Below are positions 48,210 to 58,299 of a stretch of 64,000 nucleotides of DNA, one piece after another. Every line of letters starts with the position of its first letter. The first letter of the stretch is position 1. Origin of the DNA: SAR202 cluster bacterium (GTDB lineage Bacteria > Chloroflexota > Dehalococcoidia > Lucifugimonadales > Australimonadaceae); NCBI GenBank assembly GCA_016872415.1, contig VGZX01000001.1:10287-74286 (forward strand), given 5' to 3'. A program made the translations under genes and the position numbers. The notes under the pieces were generated by a model. That model worked only from the letters and a program-made list of their open reading frames with translations, did not search any database and was not told the origin of the DNA.

Positions 48210-48860
48210 TCAACCGTTCTGACGTGGAGAGTCGCCAGAAAGTTCCATCATCGGTCGCAAAATCTGGCGCAGCCGTTCGCGCCCGCGGCTCAGGCGGGAT
48301 TTCACGGTCCCAACGGCGATGCCGGCGATCTCGGCCGCCTCCTCGTAGTCCATGCCTTGCAGGTCGACCAGCGTGACGAGCAGCCGCTGGTTTTCCGGCA
48401 GCCGCGCCAGCGCCTCGTGCACCATGCGGCCGGTTTCCGACTGGAGCGCCTGTTGCTCGGGCGTGGCCTCGCCCGACGCCGACGGCCCATCCGGATCGCC
48501 CTCGCCGGTGATCGCCTCCAACGAGCTGGAGCGGCGCCGGTGCGGCGAGCGCAGGTGGTCGCGGGCGCCGTTGGCGACGATGGCGAGCAGCCACGAACGG
48601 ACGTTGCCGCCGCGGTAGCGGGCCAGCGCGCGATACGCCGAGAAGAACGCCTCTTGGGTCACGTCCTCGGCGGCGGCGGGGTCGCGCACCATCCGCAGCG
48701 CGATGTTGTAGGCGAGGCGTTGATAGCGCTCGACCAGGAGGTTGAACGCCGCGAGGTCGCCCTCGCGGGCGCGGGTCACCCACCGCTGGTCTTCTTGATT
48801 CGTCTCGGGGAGCTGGGACACGCCTTCCCGCCGTGAGGATTGGTGCACGCAGCGCCGCAT
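48210..48860 (-). CDS. ECF (RpoE-like) RNA polymerase sigma factor
   Basis: Region 2 (DLAAFNLLVERYQRLAYNIALRM...DVTQEAF) and region 4 (LPENQRLLVTLVDLQGMDYEEAAEIAGIAVGTVKSRLSRGR). The start is uncertain: ATG 48860, TTG 48878 or GTG 48821. Confidence 0.85.
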   Translation of the reverse strand: MRRCVHQSSRREGVSQLPETNQEDQRWVTRAREGDLAAFNLLVERYQRLAYNIALRMVRDPAAAEDVTQEAFFSAYRALARYRGGNVRSWLLAIVANGARDHLRSPHRRRSSSLEAITGEGDPDGPSASGEATPEQQALQSETGRMVHEALARLPENQRLLVTLVDLQGMDYEEAAEIAGIAVGTVKSRLSRGRERLRQILRPMMELSGDSPRQNG

Positions 48861-48909
48861 TGTAGCATTGGGCCCCAACGCGGCAGGCGACGGCCAAGTC
48901 TACGACCGC

Positions 48910-48918
48910 TGCTATAAT
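48910..48918 (+). promoter_or_regulatory. Extended -10 promoter element for lepB
   Basis: TGCTATAAT, about 33 nt upstream of ATG 48951. No good -35 element. Confidence 0.45.
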
Positions 48919-48950
48919 GGGCGGAAGCCAACTGGGACCCAGTTCACCGC

Positions 48951-49544
48951 ATGCGTTCAATCATCCGCGAGTCGATCGAGACGATAACCCCGGCGCTTTT
49001 CGTCCTGCTCGTGGTGCACCAACTCGTGGGGCACTACGAGGTCCACCAGTCCAGCATGTTGCCGCGGTTGACGGAGGGTGATCGCGTGCTGGTGCATAAG
49101 GCCGCGTTCATGGAGATCGACGCCGCGCGCGCCGCCCGGTGGCTGCCGTGGGTGCGGGCGGACGCCGGCGATGAGTGGCACCCGTTTGGCGAGCCTGGCC
49201 GCGGCGACATCATCGTCTTCCACTGGCCGCGCGATCCGTCGCAGGACTTCGTGAAGCGCGTCATCGGCCTGCCGGGCGACACGGTGGAGATCCGGTCGGG
49301 CACGGTTTACGTCAATGGCGCCGCTCTCGACGAGCCCTATGTGCAGCGTCCGCTCGCCGACAGCCACCGCGCGATCACCGTCCAGCCGGAACGCTATTAT
49401 GTGCTGGGCGATAACCGCGCGGCCAGCGACGACTCCCGTGACTGGGGAACGGTGCCGGCAGACCTCATCGTCGGCAAGGTGCAGGTGAGCTTCTGGCCGC
49501 TCGAGCACTTCTCGTTTCTAACCACGGTCGCGACGGCGCCCTGA
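48951..49544 (+). CDS. lepB: Signal peptidase I
   Basis: Catalytic Ser box SSMLPRL, Lys box DFVKRVIGLPGD, and GDNRAASDDSRDWG. Confidence 0.9.
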   Translation: MRSIIRESIETITPALFVLLVVHQLVGHYEVHQSSMLPRLTEGDRVLVHKAAFMEIDAARAARWLPWVRADAGDEWHPFGEPGRGDIIVFHWPRDPSQDFVKRVIGLPGDTVEIRSGTVYVNGAALDEPYVQRPLADSHRAITVQPERYYVLGDNRAASDDSRDWGTVPADLIVGKVQVSFWPLEHFSFLTTVATAP

Positions 49545-49634
49545 GGCGCTCTCCGCCATGCGTTAGACTGGTTTTCCAGGCTTCCGTTCGAAAAGCACGG
49601 CGAGTGGGCATCGTCGCCGGAACGCCGATCTAGT

Positions 49635-49709
49635 GACCCCGTAGCTCAACGGCAGAGCACCGGACTTTTAATCCGTGCGTTGTGGGTTCGATTCCCACCG
49701 GGGTCACCA
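49635..49709 (+). tRNA. tRNA-Lys (anticodon UUU), CCA encoded
   Basis: Cloverleaf read by eye. Acceptor stem GACCCCG/CGGGGTC, D arm GCTC-AACGGCA-GAGC, anticodon loop CTTTTAA, 5-nt variable loop, T arm GTGGG-TTCGATT-CCCAC, discriminator A, then CCA. Confidence 0.9.
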
Positions 49710-50117
49710 GCCCATCGTGCGCCGGTTTATACGCGGACGCTAGGCGGCCATGTCCTGCTCCGCCCCCGGCCGCGGGCGGCGCAAGCCCGGCGTCTCGGCC
49801 GCCGACGCGGTGCCGAGGGTCGCGGGAGCTACGGCGTGGCGTCGTGACGGCTCGCTGCTCACGTCGAGACAGGTGCGACACTGGTACAGCGCCGAGGCGA
49901 CGTGTACCCAGTCGTGTACGTGACGGGCTGGCTGCGCGAAGGCCTTGAGAACATCCTCCGACTTGGGATGAGGCCGTGAACGTGGCCTGATTCGTCGGAG
50001 GATGGTAGCGGACGCCCAGCCTGATTGACGTGCCCGCCTCGATGAAAACGACTAGTCCGGACGGGCTAGGCCCCCATCGTTACGCGGCCTGGACGGCGGC
50101 GACAGGGCCCCTTGGCC

Positions 50118-51014
50118 TCAGGTCGTGCGGACGATCCGCTCGTTGTCGCGACGCCAATGGCCGGCAAGCAGCGGCGACGCCTTGAACAAGCCATCCCAGT
50201 CTCGAAACGGCGTGTCTCACAGACGGCTCGCGCCGAGCACCTTCAGCACGATGTTCACGGCGCCCGAGCTGTGCATGCTGGCTCCCGCGGCCGCCGCCCG
50301 CGCCGACCATGCCCGGTGTATCTGCTCTTCCCAGTCGGAAGGAACGTGCGTCTGCGGTGGGGACGTCTGCGGCATCGGTGTCGGCCCCGGCTCCGGCCTC
50401 GCTTCGACGGCGGCCGGCTCGGGGCTTGGCGACATCGGCTTCGGCGGGGGAATGGGCGCGATCAGCCGTCGCCGCCGCGGCGCGGCCGGCTTGGCGGCGC
50501 GGGCGGGCGGATGCTCGGCCCGTGCGGGGGCTGGGGAAGGGGCCTCCTCGGCCGCTCCCGGCTTCGACGGCTTCTTCGCCAGCGGCTTGCTCAGGTCTTA
50601 ATACTCGTCGCACGCCCCCACCAGCAGGCTGGAGGCCTCGTGCCTCGGCCCCGCGCCGATCACATAGCTGCCGGTCTGCCGCAGCACGCGCACCAGGTGC
50701 AGGAAGTCGCCGTCCTTCGTCACGATCACGAAGCAATCGACCGCGCCGCGGTTCAGCAGTTCCATCGCGTCGATAGCCAAGTGAATGTCGCTCGCATTCT
50801 TCCCGCGCGTGGTCGAATCGACCTGGATGCGTTCGATGCCGAGTTCGGCCAGGCCACCCTTCCGCGTGGACGACGACGCCCAGTTGGCGTAGGCCCGCTT
50901 CACGATCACCCGGCCACCCTGCGCGGCGCGGTCCAAGAGGTCCCCGAACGCGGACACGGACACGTTTTCGTAGTCGATGAGCACGGCGACGCGGTGGTCG
51001 CGGCTGGATAGCAC
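50118..51014 (-). pseudogene. NYN (LabA-like) domain protein with Pro/Ala linker and possible LOTUS/OST-HTH tail, interrupted by in-frame TAA and TGA
   Basis: The NYN core VAVLIDYENV...KNASDIHLAIDAMEL...FVIVTKDGDFLHLV ends at TAA 50598-50600. The same frame stays GC3-rich and open across a P/A-rich linker to TGA 50217-50219. It then continues in frame (DTPFRDWDGLFKASPLL...) to TGA 50118-50120. GAGGAGA RBS before GTG 51014. Confidence 0.55.
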
Positions 51015-51058
51015 GGAAGGTCTCCTCTGAATTCGAAGCGGAGGCGGTATGCGGTTCG

Positions 51059-51928
51059 TCAACGCCTCGGCATCTCGAGCGGGGTGTCATCGCGGTTGGC
51101 CCACTCGCCCATGGAGCCATCGTACATCCGCACGCGCGGAAAGCCCATGAGCGCGAGCGTGAACGCGGAGTGCGCCGCGCGAATGCCGCCTTGGCAGTAG
51201 GTATGGACGCGCTGCTCCGGCGATAGGCCCGCTTGTTGCAGCAGCCGCGCGATCTCGCCGGGCGGCCGGAAGGTGTGGTCCGCTTCATTGACGACGTCCA
51301 CCCACTCCATGTGCACGGCGCCCGGCACGTGGCCCACCCGCTTGTTGCCACGGGCGTTCGTGCCCGCGTATTCGTCGGCCGCGCGCACGTCCCAGACCGC
51401 CTCGCCAGGCTGGCCGATGGCCGCCTTCAGCGTCTCCACTGTGTCCAGCATCGCCTCTTGTGGGCGCGGCGTGAACGGGCGCCGTCGTGCCGCCGGCGGT
51501 TGCCGGTAACTGTACGACTGTCCGCCGCGCGCCGACGGGGTCACTTCGATGGGCCGCCCCTCCCGCGTCCACTTCAGCCAGCCGCCGTTCAGCACGCGCA
51601 CGTTGTCATGGCCGTAGTAGCGCAGCACCCACCACAGCCGCGCCGACGCATTGCTGCGGTTATTGTCGTAAACCACCACCGGCGTCCCATCGCCGATGCC
51701 CAACGACTCGAAATGCTGCTTGGCCTGCTCTGGCGGGGCGACCACCCTTGGATCGGCGGTGCTTTTCACGTTGTAATTGGGGCCGGCCGAGACGGCCCCG
51801 GGGATGTGAGCCTTCGCGTGCGCTTGCGGGATGTCCATGTCCACGATGACGAGGTCGGGGTAGCGCAGGCGGTCGGCGAGCCAGTCGGTTTCCACCAGCA
51901 AATCGGCCGGATAGGGTCGGGAAGCCAT
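51059..51928 (-). CDS. Tandem-rhodanese sulfurtransferase (thiosulfate/3-mercaptopyruvate)
   Basis: Two rhodanese domains with the active-site loop [11 protein letters not shown]. Start taken at [12 protein letters not shown]. Confidence 0.85.
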   Translation of the reverse strand: MASRPYPADLLVETDWLADRLRYPDLVIVDMDIPQAHAKAHIPGAVSAGPNYNVKSTADPRVVAPPEQAKQHFESLGIGDGTPVVVYDNNRSNASARLWWVLRYYGHDNVRVLNGGWLKWTREGRPIEVTPSARGGQSYSYRQPPAARRRPFTPRPQEAMLDTVETLKAAIGQPGEAVWDVRAADEYAGTNARGNKRVGHVPGAVHMEWVDVVNEADHTFRPPGEIARLLQQAGLSPEQRVHTYCQGGIRAAHSAFTLALMGFPRVRMYDGSMGEWANRDDTPLEMPRR

Positions 51929-52088
51929 GCAGTCCCTCCTGGTGCGCTCGCCGAGGTCGCTGCGCGTAGTCTCTTGCGCGCCACCCAGCCTGTCAATCGC
52001 GCCGGGGCACGCTCCAAGCGTGCGGTATACTTTTTCGAGCGGCAGCGAGGCCATCGCTGCCTATTTCATGCGGAGCATCGGAGGCTTC

Positions 52089-53657
52089 ATGACTGTGCGG
52101 CGCCACCTGACCCAAGTGGACATGGCGAAGATCGTGTCCCTGTCCAAGCGCAGAGGGTTCGTCTTTCCATCCAGCGAGATCTATGGTGGCGTCGGCTCCA
52201 CGTGGGACTATGGGCCACTTGGCGTCGCCCTGAAGCGCAGCGTGAAGGAGGCCTGGTGGCGGGCGATGGTGCTGGAGCGCGACGACATCGTCGGCCTCGA
52301 TAGCGCCATCATCCAGAGCCCGCAAGTGTGGGTTGCCAGCGGCCACGCCGCCGGCTTCGTCGACCCGTTGGTCGACTGCAAGGTCTGCCGTGGCCGCTTT
52401 CGCCCCGACCACGTCAAGGTCTACAAGGTCGTCGGCAGGGGCGGCGAAGAGCTGGGACTCGTCTCTGCGGTGGGCAACGCGCTGGGCGAGGTCACGAAGG
52501 AGATAGTGGAGCGAGGCAAGGCGCAGGCCAAGTCGCGCGGCAAGGAGTTCGGGTCGCTGCAAGAGGCGGGCGTCGCCACCGACTACCCGGCCGCGCTGAT
52601 CCCCTGTCCCAACTGTGGCGCCGCGCCTGGCAGCCTCACCGAGCCGCGCATGTTCAACCTCATGTTCAAGACCTTCGTCGGCCCCGTCGAGGACACCGCG
52701 AGCCAGGTGTGGCTGCGCCCGGAAACCGCGCAGGGCATCTTCATCAATTTCGACAACGTGCTCACGACCACCCGCATGAAGCCGCCCTTCGGCGTGGCGC
52801 AGATCGGCAAGTCGTTCCGCAACGAGATCACGCCCGGTAACTTCATCTTCCGGACCCGCGAGTTCGAGCAGATGGAAATGGAGTATTTCGTGAAGCCCGG
52901 CGACGACGAGAAGTGGCACGACTATTGGGTGCGCGAGCGCCATGACTGGTTCCTGTCGCTGGGCATCAACAAAGACAAGATCCGCGTCCGGCCGCACGAG
53001 AAGTCGGAGCTGGCGCACTACTCGAAGGCCACCTCCGACATCGAATACCTGTTCCCGTGGGGCTGGGGCGAGCTCGAGGGCATCGCCAATCGCGCCGACT
53101 TCGACCTCAAGCAGCACGCCAAGCACAGCGGCAAGAAGCTGGAATACTTCGACCAGGAAATGAAGGAGCGTTACGTTCCCTACGTAATCGAGCCGGCCCT
53201 CGGCGCCGACCGCGCGGCCCTCGCCTTCTGGCTCGACGCCTACGACGAGGAGCCGGCCAGGGCCATGGGCGCGGCGTCCGAAGGACAGGCCCCCGGTGCG
53301 TCCGACGAGGCCAGGGTAGTGTTGCGCTTCCACCCCGACATTGCCCCCGTGCAGGTGGCGGTTCTGCCGTTGAGCCGCAACGAGAAGCTGACACCGACCG
53401 CGCGCGAGGTGCACGCCAGTCTCCGCAAGCGGTTCGTCACCCAATACGACGACGCGCAGTCCATCGGCCGCCGCTATCGCCGTCAAGACGAGATCGGCAC
53501 GCCGCTCTGCGTCACCATCGATTTCGACACCGTTGAGAACGACAACGCCGTCACCATTCGCAACCGCGACTCCATGCGACAGGTGCGCGTGCCCATCGCC
53601 GAGCTGCCCGCCGCCGTCGCCGCCCAGCTGCGCGAGATGGGCAGCACGAGGGCGTAG
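52089..53657 (+). CDS. glyQS: Glycine--tRNA ligase (homodimeric GlyQS type)
   Basis: [46 protein letters not shown], and a C-terminal anticodon-binding domain. GGAGG precedes ATG 52089. Confidence 0.9.
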   Translation: MTVRRHLTQVDMAKIVSLSKRRGFVFPSSEIYGGVGSTWDYGPLGVALKRSVKEAWWRAMVLERDDIVGLDSAIIQSPQVWVASGHAAGFVDPLVDCKVCRGRFRPDHVKVYKVVGRGGEELGLVSAVGNALGEVTKEIVERGKAQAKSRGKEFGSLQEAGVATDYPAALIPCPNCGAAPGSLTEPRMFNLMFKTFVGPVEDTASQVWLRPETAQGIFINFDNVLTTTRMKPPFGVAQIGKSFRNEITPGNFIFRTREFEQMEMEYFVKPGDDEKWHDYWVRERHDWFLSLGINKDKIRVRPHEKSELAHYSKATSDIEYLFPWGWGELEGIANRADFDLKQHAKHSGKKLEYFDQEMKERYVPYVIEPALGADRAALAFWLDAYDEEPARAMGAASEGQAPGASDEARVVLRFHPDIAPVQVAVLPLSRNEKLTPTAREVHASLRKRFVTQYDDAQSIGRRYRRQDEIGTPLCVTIDFDTVENDNAVTIRNRDSMRQVRVPIAELPAAVAAQLREMGSTRA

Positions 53658-53704
53658 CGCGATGGAGCGTGCGGCGCCGGTCGCCTGCATGCTAAGGTAG
53701 CGCC

Positions 53705-55006
53705 GTGCGGATTCTCCACCTGTCAGACATCCACATCGGCGTCGAGAACTACGGCCGCCCGGCGACCGAGTCCGAGGTCGCCGCATTGCCGCCGCACTTC
53801 GCGCCCGGCGCCGACCGCGCGCAATACGTCGGCATGTCCACGCGCCTGCTCGACTTCCTCTGCACCTTGGACGAGGCGATGGCCCATGCCCTGGCGAACG
53901 ACGTCGACCTAGTGCTCTTCGCCGGCGACGCCTACAAGAGCCGCGATCCATCCCAAACGCACCAGCGGGAGTTCGCGCGGCGCATCGCGCGGCTGTCGCG
54001 CGCCGGCATCCCGGTGTTCCTCACCGTGGGCAACCACGACTTGCCGCACGTCGCCAACCGGGCCACGGCGCTCGAAATCTTCCCCACGCTCGCCGTCGAC
54101 AACGTCACCGTGGGCGCGACGCTGGAAACCTACCGCGTGTCGACGCGGCACGGCCCCGTGCAAGTCGTCGCCTTGCCGTGGGTCCGCATCGGCGAGTTCA
54201 TGAAGCGCGAGGAAACGCGCAACCTCACGCTGGAGCAGATCACCCGCTCCGTCGAGGCGCGCATCACCGCCTTGCTTCAGGAGCAAGCCGAGGCGCTCGA
54301 CCCGTCGCTCCCGGCGTTCCTGTGCGCCCACGTCACCGTCACCGGCGCCGTCTACGCGTCGGAGCGCACCATGATGCTGGGCAACGACCACGCGCTCACC
54401 CTAGGCACCATGGCGAATCCGGCGTTCGACTACGTGGCCCTGGGCCACATTCACAAGCACCAAGTGCTCACGCGCAACCCGCACGTCGTTTACCCCGGGA
54501 GCCTACAGCGGGTCGATTTCTCGGAGGAGGCGCAGGCCAAGGGCTTCTGTGTCATCGATCTGGACGAGCGCCGTCCACGAGGCGAGCGCCTGCGCGACTT
54601 CCGGTTCGTGGAGGTTGGGGCGCGCCGGCTGCTCACCATCGACGCGCGCGCCGGCGAGGGCGACGACCCCACCGACAAGTGCCTGATCGCCATCGAGAAG
54701 CAGGCGTCCCTGGTGGAAGGCGCCGTGGTGCGACTGCGCGTCGCCATGCCCACAGCGGTGGCGCCGCTGTTCCGCGAGCCCACCGTGCGGCAGGCGTTGG
54801 CGCCGGCGCATCACGTGGCGGGCATCGAGCGGCAAATCCAGCGCGACCACCGCACCCGGCTGGGCGACGAGGATGCCGCGTCGCTCACGCCCATCGATGC
54901 GTTGCGACGCTATCTGGCCGCGCGGAACACGCCCGAGGCCCGCAAGCGCGACCTCGTGGCGGCCGCCGAGGAGTTGTTGCGCCATGAGGTTGAGGGCCAT
55001 GCGTGA
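53705..55006 (+). CDS. sbcD: SbcD/Mre11-family DNA repair exonuclease
   Basis: Phosphoesterase motifs HLSDIHIG, AGDAYKS, GNHD and GHIH. No sbcC follows. Confidence 0.8.
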   Translation: MRILHLSDIHIGVENYGRPATESEVAALPPHFAPGADRAQYVGMSTRLLDFLCTLDEAMAHALANDVDLVLFAGDAYKSRDPSQTHQREFARRIARLSRAGIPVFLTVGNHDLPHVANRATALEIFPTLAVDNVTVGATLETYRVSTRHGPVQVVALPWVRIGEFMKREETRNLTLEQITRSVEARITALLQEQAEALDPSLPAFLCAHVTVTGAVYASERTMMLGNDHALTLGTMANPAFDYVALGHIHKHQVLTRNPHVVYPGSLQRVDFSEEAQAKGFCVIDLDERRPRGERLRDFRFVEVGARRLLTIDARAGEGDDPTDKCLIAIEKQASLVEGAVVRLRVAMPTAVAPLFREPTVRQALAPAHHVAGIERQIQRDHRTRLGDEDAASLTPIDALRRYLAARNTPEARKRDLVAAAEELLRHEVEGHA

Positions 55007-55081
55007 CCGCACGATTGACCCGGCATGGCCCAACCGCCACAATAATGCTGGCGTCTCGATAATACGCACGCGAATACCGGA

Positions 55082-56850
55082 ATGACCGGCTCAAATAATC
55101 AAGACCTCCGAGGAGACTTACGGGAGCGCGAAATCCAGAACCTGCGCGAGGCCTATGACGGCCTGCGGCGCCGGTTCACGCTGCTCGCCGGGCTATCGCG
55201 CCGCATGTCGGCCACGCTTGACCCGCAGGCCGTGGTGCCGCAGGTCGTGGAGGCCGCGTGCCAGCTCACGAACGCGAAATACGGCGCGCTCGTCATCTTC
55301 GGCCCCGATGGACGCATCCGTGAGTTCATGACGCACGGCATTTCGGCCGAGGACCGCGCCAAGATCGGCAACCTGCCCGAGGGCCTCGGGCTGCTCGGCC
55401 TGCTGCAGCACCTGCAGCAGCCCATACGCGTCGCCGATCTCACGAAGCACCCGCACTCGGTCGGCTTTCCACCCAATCACCCGCCCATGTAGTCGTTCCT
55501 CGGCGTGCCGTTGCGCTGGGAGAACCAACCGCTCGGCAACCTGTACCTCACCGAGAAGCAGGGCGAGGCCGAATTCTCTCCCGAGGACGAAAGCCTGTTG
55601 GTGCTGCTGGCCGATCAGGCCGCCTTGACCATTCACAACGCCAACCTGCACCAGCGCGCCGAGGCCGAGCGCCAGCGCCTCCAATCGCTGGTGGACACCT
55701 CGCCCATGGCCGTCGTGCTCATCGACGCGGCCACGCAGCAAGTCGTCATCGCCAACCGCGAGGCCTCGCGCATCCTCAACACGCCATTCCAGCAGGGCGT
55801 CTCCTTCCGCGAGTTCTTCAGCAAGTCGAAAGTCCTGCGCCCCGACGGCAGCGAGTTCGTCCCGGAAGATCGTCCCACGGCGCGCGCCCTGCTCCGCGGC
55901 GAGCGCGTGCTCGCCGAGGAGATGCGGATACAAACATCGGATGGCTCGTCGATCCTGGCGCTCGCCAATTCGACGCCGATCCATGGTCCGGACGGCGCCA
56001 TCACCGGAGCCATCACCGTCATCCAAGACATGACGCCGCTGGAGGAGCTCGAGCGCATGCGCCACGAGTTCCTGGGCATGGTGAGCCACGAGCTCCGGAC
56101 GCCGCTCACGGCCATCAAGGGGTCGGCGGCGATGGTGCTCGGCAGCCGGCGGCTCCTGAGCGCCGAGGAGCTCGGCGAACTGTTCGTCATCATCGACGAG
56201 CAGGCCGACCGGCTCCGCGACCTGGTCGACAACCTGCTGGACATTACGCGCATCGAGGCGGGCACCCTGTCCGTCACGCCTGCCCCGACCGACTTCGATG
56301 CCGTGCTGCGCGACGTGCTGGGCACGTTCGGACGCACAACGCCGGGCTACGAGGTGCGCGTTTCCGGCACCGCTGGTCTGCCGAAGGTGAACGCCGACGC
56401 GCGGCGGCTGGGCCAAGTGCTGATGAATTGCTGACGAACGCCGCCAAATTCTCGCCCGCCGGGTCGCCCATCGAGGTGACCGCATCGAGCGACGCGCAGC
56501 AGATCACCGTCAGCGTCCGCGACCGCGGCCGCGGCATCGCCCCGGACGGACTCGGCCGGCTGTTCCGCAAGTTCACCCAGCTGCCGGACGAAAAGGGCAA
56601 GACGGCTCCCGGCAGCGGCCTCGGCCTGGCGATCTGCCGGGGCATCGTCGAGACGCATGGCGGTCGTATCTGGGCCGAGAGCCTCGGCATCGGCAAGGGC
56701 GCCACGTTTACGTTCACCGTCCCCGTCGCCGGCGTCGCCCCGGCGCCAGCGTTGCCGGTGCGCCCGCCGCCACGGCAATCGCCCCAGCCACCCGTCGAGG
56801 CGGCGAGCGTCGAACGTCCACGCGTCGACGTGGCGGACCGCTCCACGCAC
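55082..56850 (+). pseudogene. GAF-PAS sensor histidine kinase with in-frame TAG and one frameshift
   Basis: The GAF motif ...GFPPNHPPM*SFLGVPL is interrupted by TAG 55490-55492. H-box MVSHELRTPLTAIKG. A missing base at about 56428 breaks LGQVLMN|LLTNAAKFSP. The ATPase G-boxes DRGRGI and GSGLGLAICRGIVETHGG lie in the shifted frame. No stop occurs before the receiver domain. Confidence 0.75.
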
Positions 56851-57570
56851 ATGGGCCGCGTCGGCCGGGCAGGGGAGCGCACGAGCATCGTTGCCGTGGA
56901 CGACGAGCCGCAGGTGTTGCGCTTCGTGCGGCGCACCTTGGAGGAGGCCGGCTACGAGGTGGCGACCGCCTCGGACCCCCAAGAGGCGGTGAAGCAGGTC
57001 GAGCTGCAGGAGCCGGACCTGGTGCTGCTGGACTTGCGCCTGCATGGCCTGAGCAGCCTGGATCTGCTCAAGCGCATCCGCGAGTTCACCGGCGTTCCCG
57101 TCATCTTCCTCACCGGCGAGACGCAGAGGGAGGAAGCGGTGCGGGCCCTGCGCGCCGGCGCCGCCGACTAAATCACCAGGCCCTTTTCTCCCTCGGAGCT
57201 GGTTGCCCGCATCGAGGCTTCCTTGCGTCGCCGCGTGCTGCCCGATCAGATGGAGATGCGGCCACCCTTCCGCTTGGATGGGCTCGTCGTGGACTTCGCC
57301 GACCGCGTCGCGACCGTGGACGGCAAGCAGGTGGCACTGTCCGCCACCGAATACAAGCTGCTCTACGAGCTCTCGACCAACGCCGGCCGCGTGCTCACCC
57401 ACGACCAGATATTGCAGAACGTTTGGGGCGCCGAGTACGCCGGCGAGCACGAGCTGGTGCGCTCGTTCATCCGAAACCTGCGCCGCAAGCTCGGCGACGA
57501 CGCCCGCAACCCGCGCTTCGTGCTGACCGAGCCGCAAGTCGGCTATCGCATGCCCCGCCCCGGAGCCTAG
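56851..57570 (+). pseudogene. OmpR/PhoB-family response regulator with in-frame TAA (same reading frame as the kinase tail)
   Basis: Receiver domain IVAVDDEPQVL...LVLLDLRL...FLTG. The conserved GADDYITKPF reads GAAD*ITRPF (TAA 57169-57171, in the Tyr position). The winged-helix domain (LSATEYKLLYEL...VGYRM) is in frame. Confidence 0.75.
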
Positions 57571-57654
57571 CCGCCCGGCTCTTTCACGGGCCATTCACAC
57601 GCGCGGCCCGCCCCATTCATGTAGTCGCCACGGTTGACGCCCTAGCATGTCCAC

Positions 57655-58104
57655 ATGACACCGTGGGAAACGACCGTGCAGGCAAGACCCATGAGCGAGC
57701 TGGTCGCGAGCCAGAGCGATGACGACCCGTCCGGGGCCGGCGTGGCCGCGCGCGTGGTGCTGGTGGTAGAGGACGATCGGGCGGTCGCGCGCATGCTCCG
57801 CATCGCCATGCGTTCGGCGGGGTTCGAGGTCATCGAGGCTCGCACCGGCGCCGATGCGCTGGCCCGCGCGAGCGGCGCCAAGATCGACGCGGTCGTGCTC
57901 GACCTCGGCTTGCCGGATGGCGGCGCCGGAAACGTGCTGACGTGGCTGCGCGCGAAGAACGACCGCATGCCCTGGCTCGTCATATCCGCGCTGGACCAGC
58001 ACGAGGCCGCGCGGCAATACGGGCAGTTCGACGGTCATTTCGTCGCGAAGCCGTTCGACCCATGGATGCTGGTCCGCCGGCTGGAGGACCAGCTCTCGCG
58101 CTAG
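57655..58104 (+). CDS. Single-domain response regulator (CheY-like receiver)
   Basis: VVLVVEDD...AVVLDLGLPD...KPF receiver signature. 149 aa. Confidence 0.75.
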   Translation: MTPWETTVQARPMSELVASQSDDDPSGAGVAARVVLVVEDDRAVARMLRIAMRSAGFEVIEARTGADALARASGAKIDAVVLDLGLPDGGAGNVLTWLRAKNDRMPWLVISALDQHEAARQYGQFDGHFVAKPFDPWMLVRRLEDQLSR

Positions 58105-58189
58105 TCCCGTGTGGCTGCTCGTCGCCATCCCGTGCGCGGCAAGGCACCATCGCGGTCAAAATCCGCGCCGAAGTCTCGTAAATGAGTAG

Positions 58190-58218
58190 TTGCAATTCGT
58201 AAGACGGCATGCTAAAGT
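58190..58218 (+). promoter_or_regulatory. Candidate promoter of the zinc-ribbon small gene
   Basis: TTGCAA (58190-58195), 17-nt spacer, TAAAGT (58213-58218). Confidence 0.4.
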
Positions 58219-58299
58219 CGCCGTCCGATACATCGCGAACGGTCAGCCTGCCAAGGGCGTCCAACCCGGCCTTGGTGAGGCGGGGAGAGGAGGATCGAC

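Noticed and set aside
49635-50600. Genomic island or prophage integrated at tRNA-Lys
   Set aside because: No integrase, excisionase or phage-like gene is present. I could find no repeat of the tRNA 3' end. Downstream genes (rhodanese, glyQS) are core housekeeping.
51929-52088. T-box riboswitch upstream of glyQS
   Set aside because: The intergenic space is only about 160 nt and is shared with the divergent rhodanese gene. No T-box-like box was found. Only an 8-bp hairpin (52041-52061) without a convincing U-tract is present.
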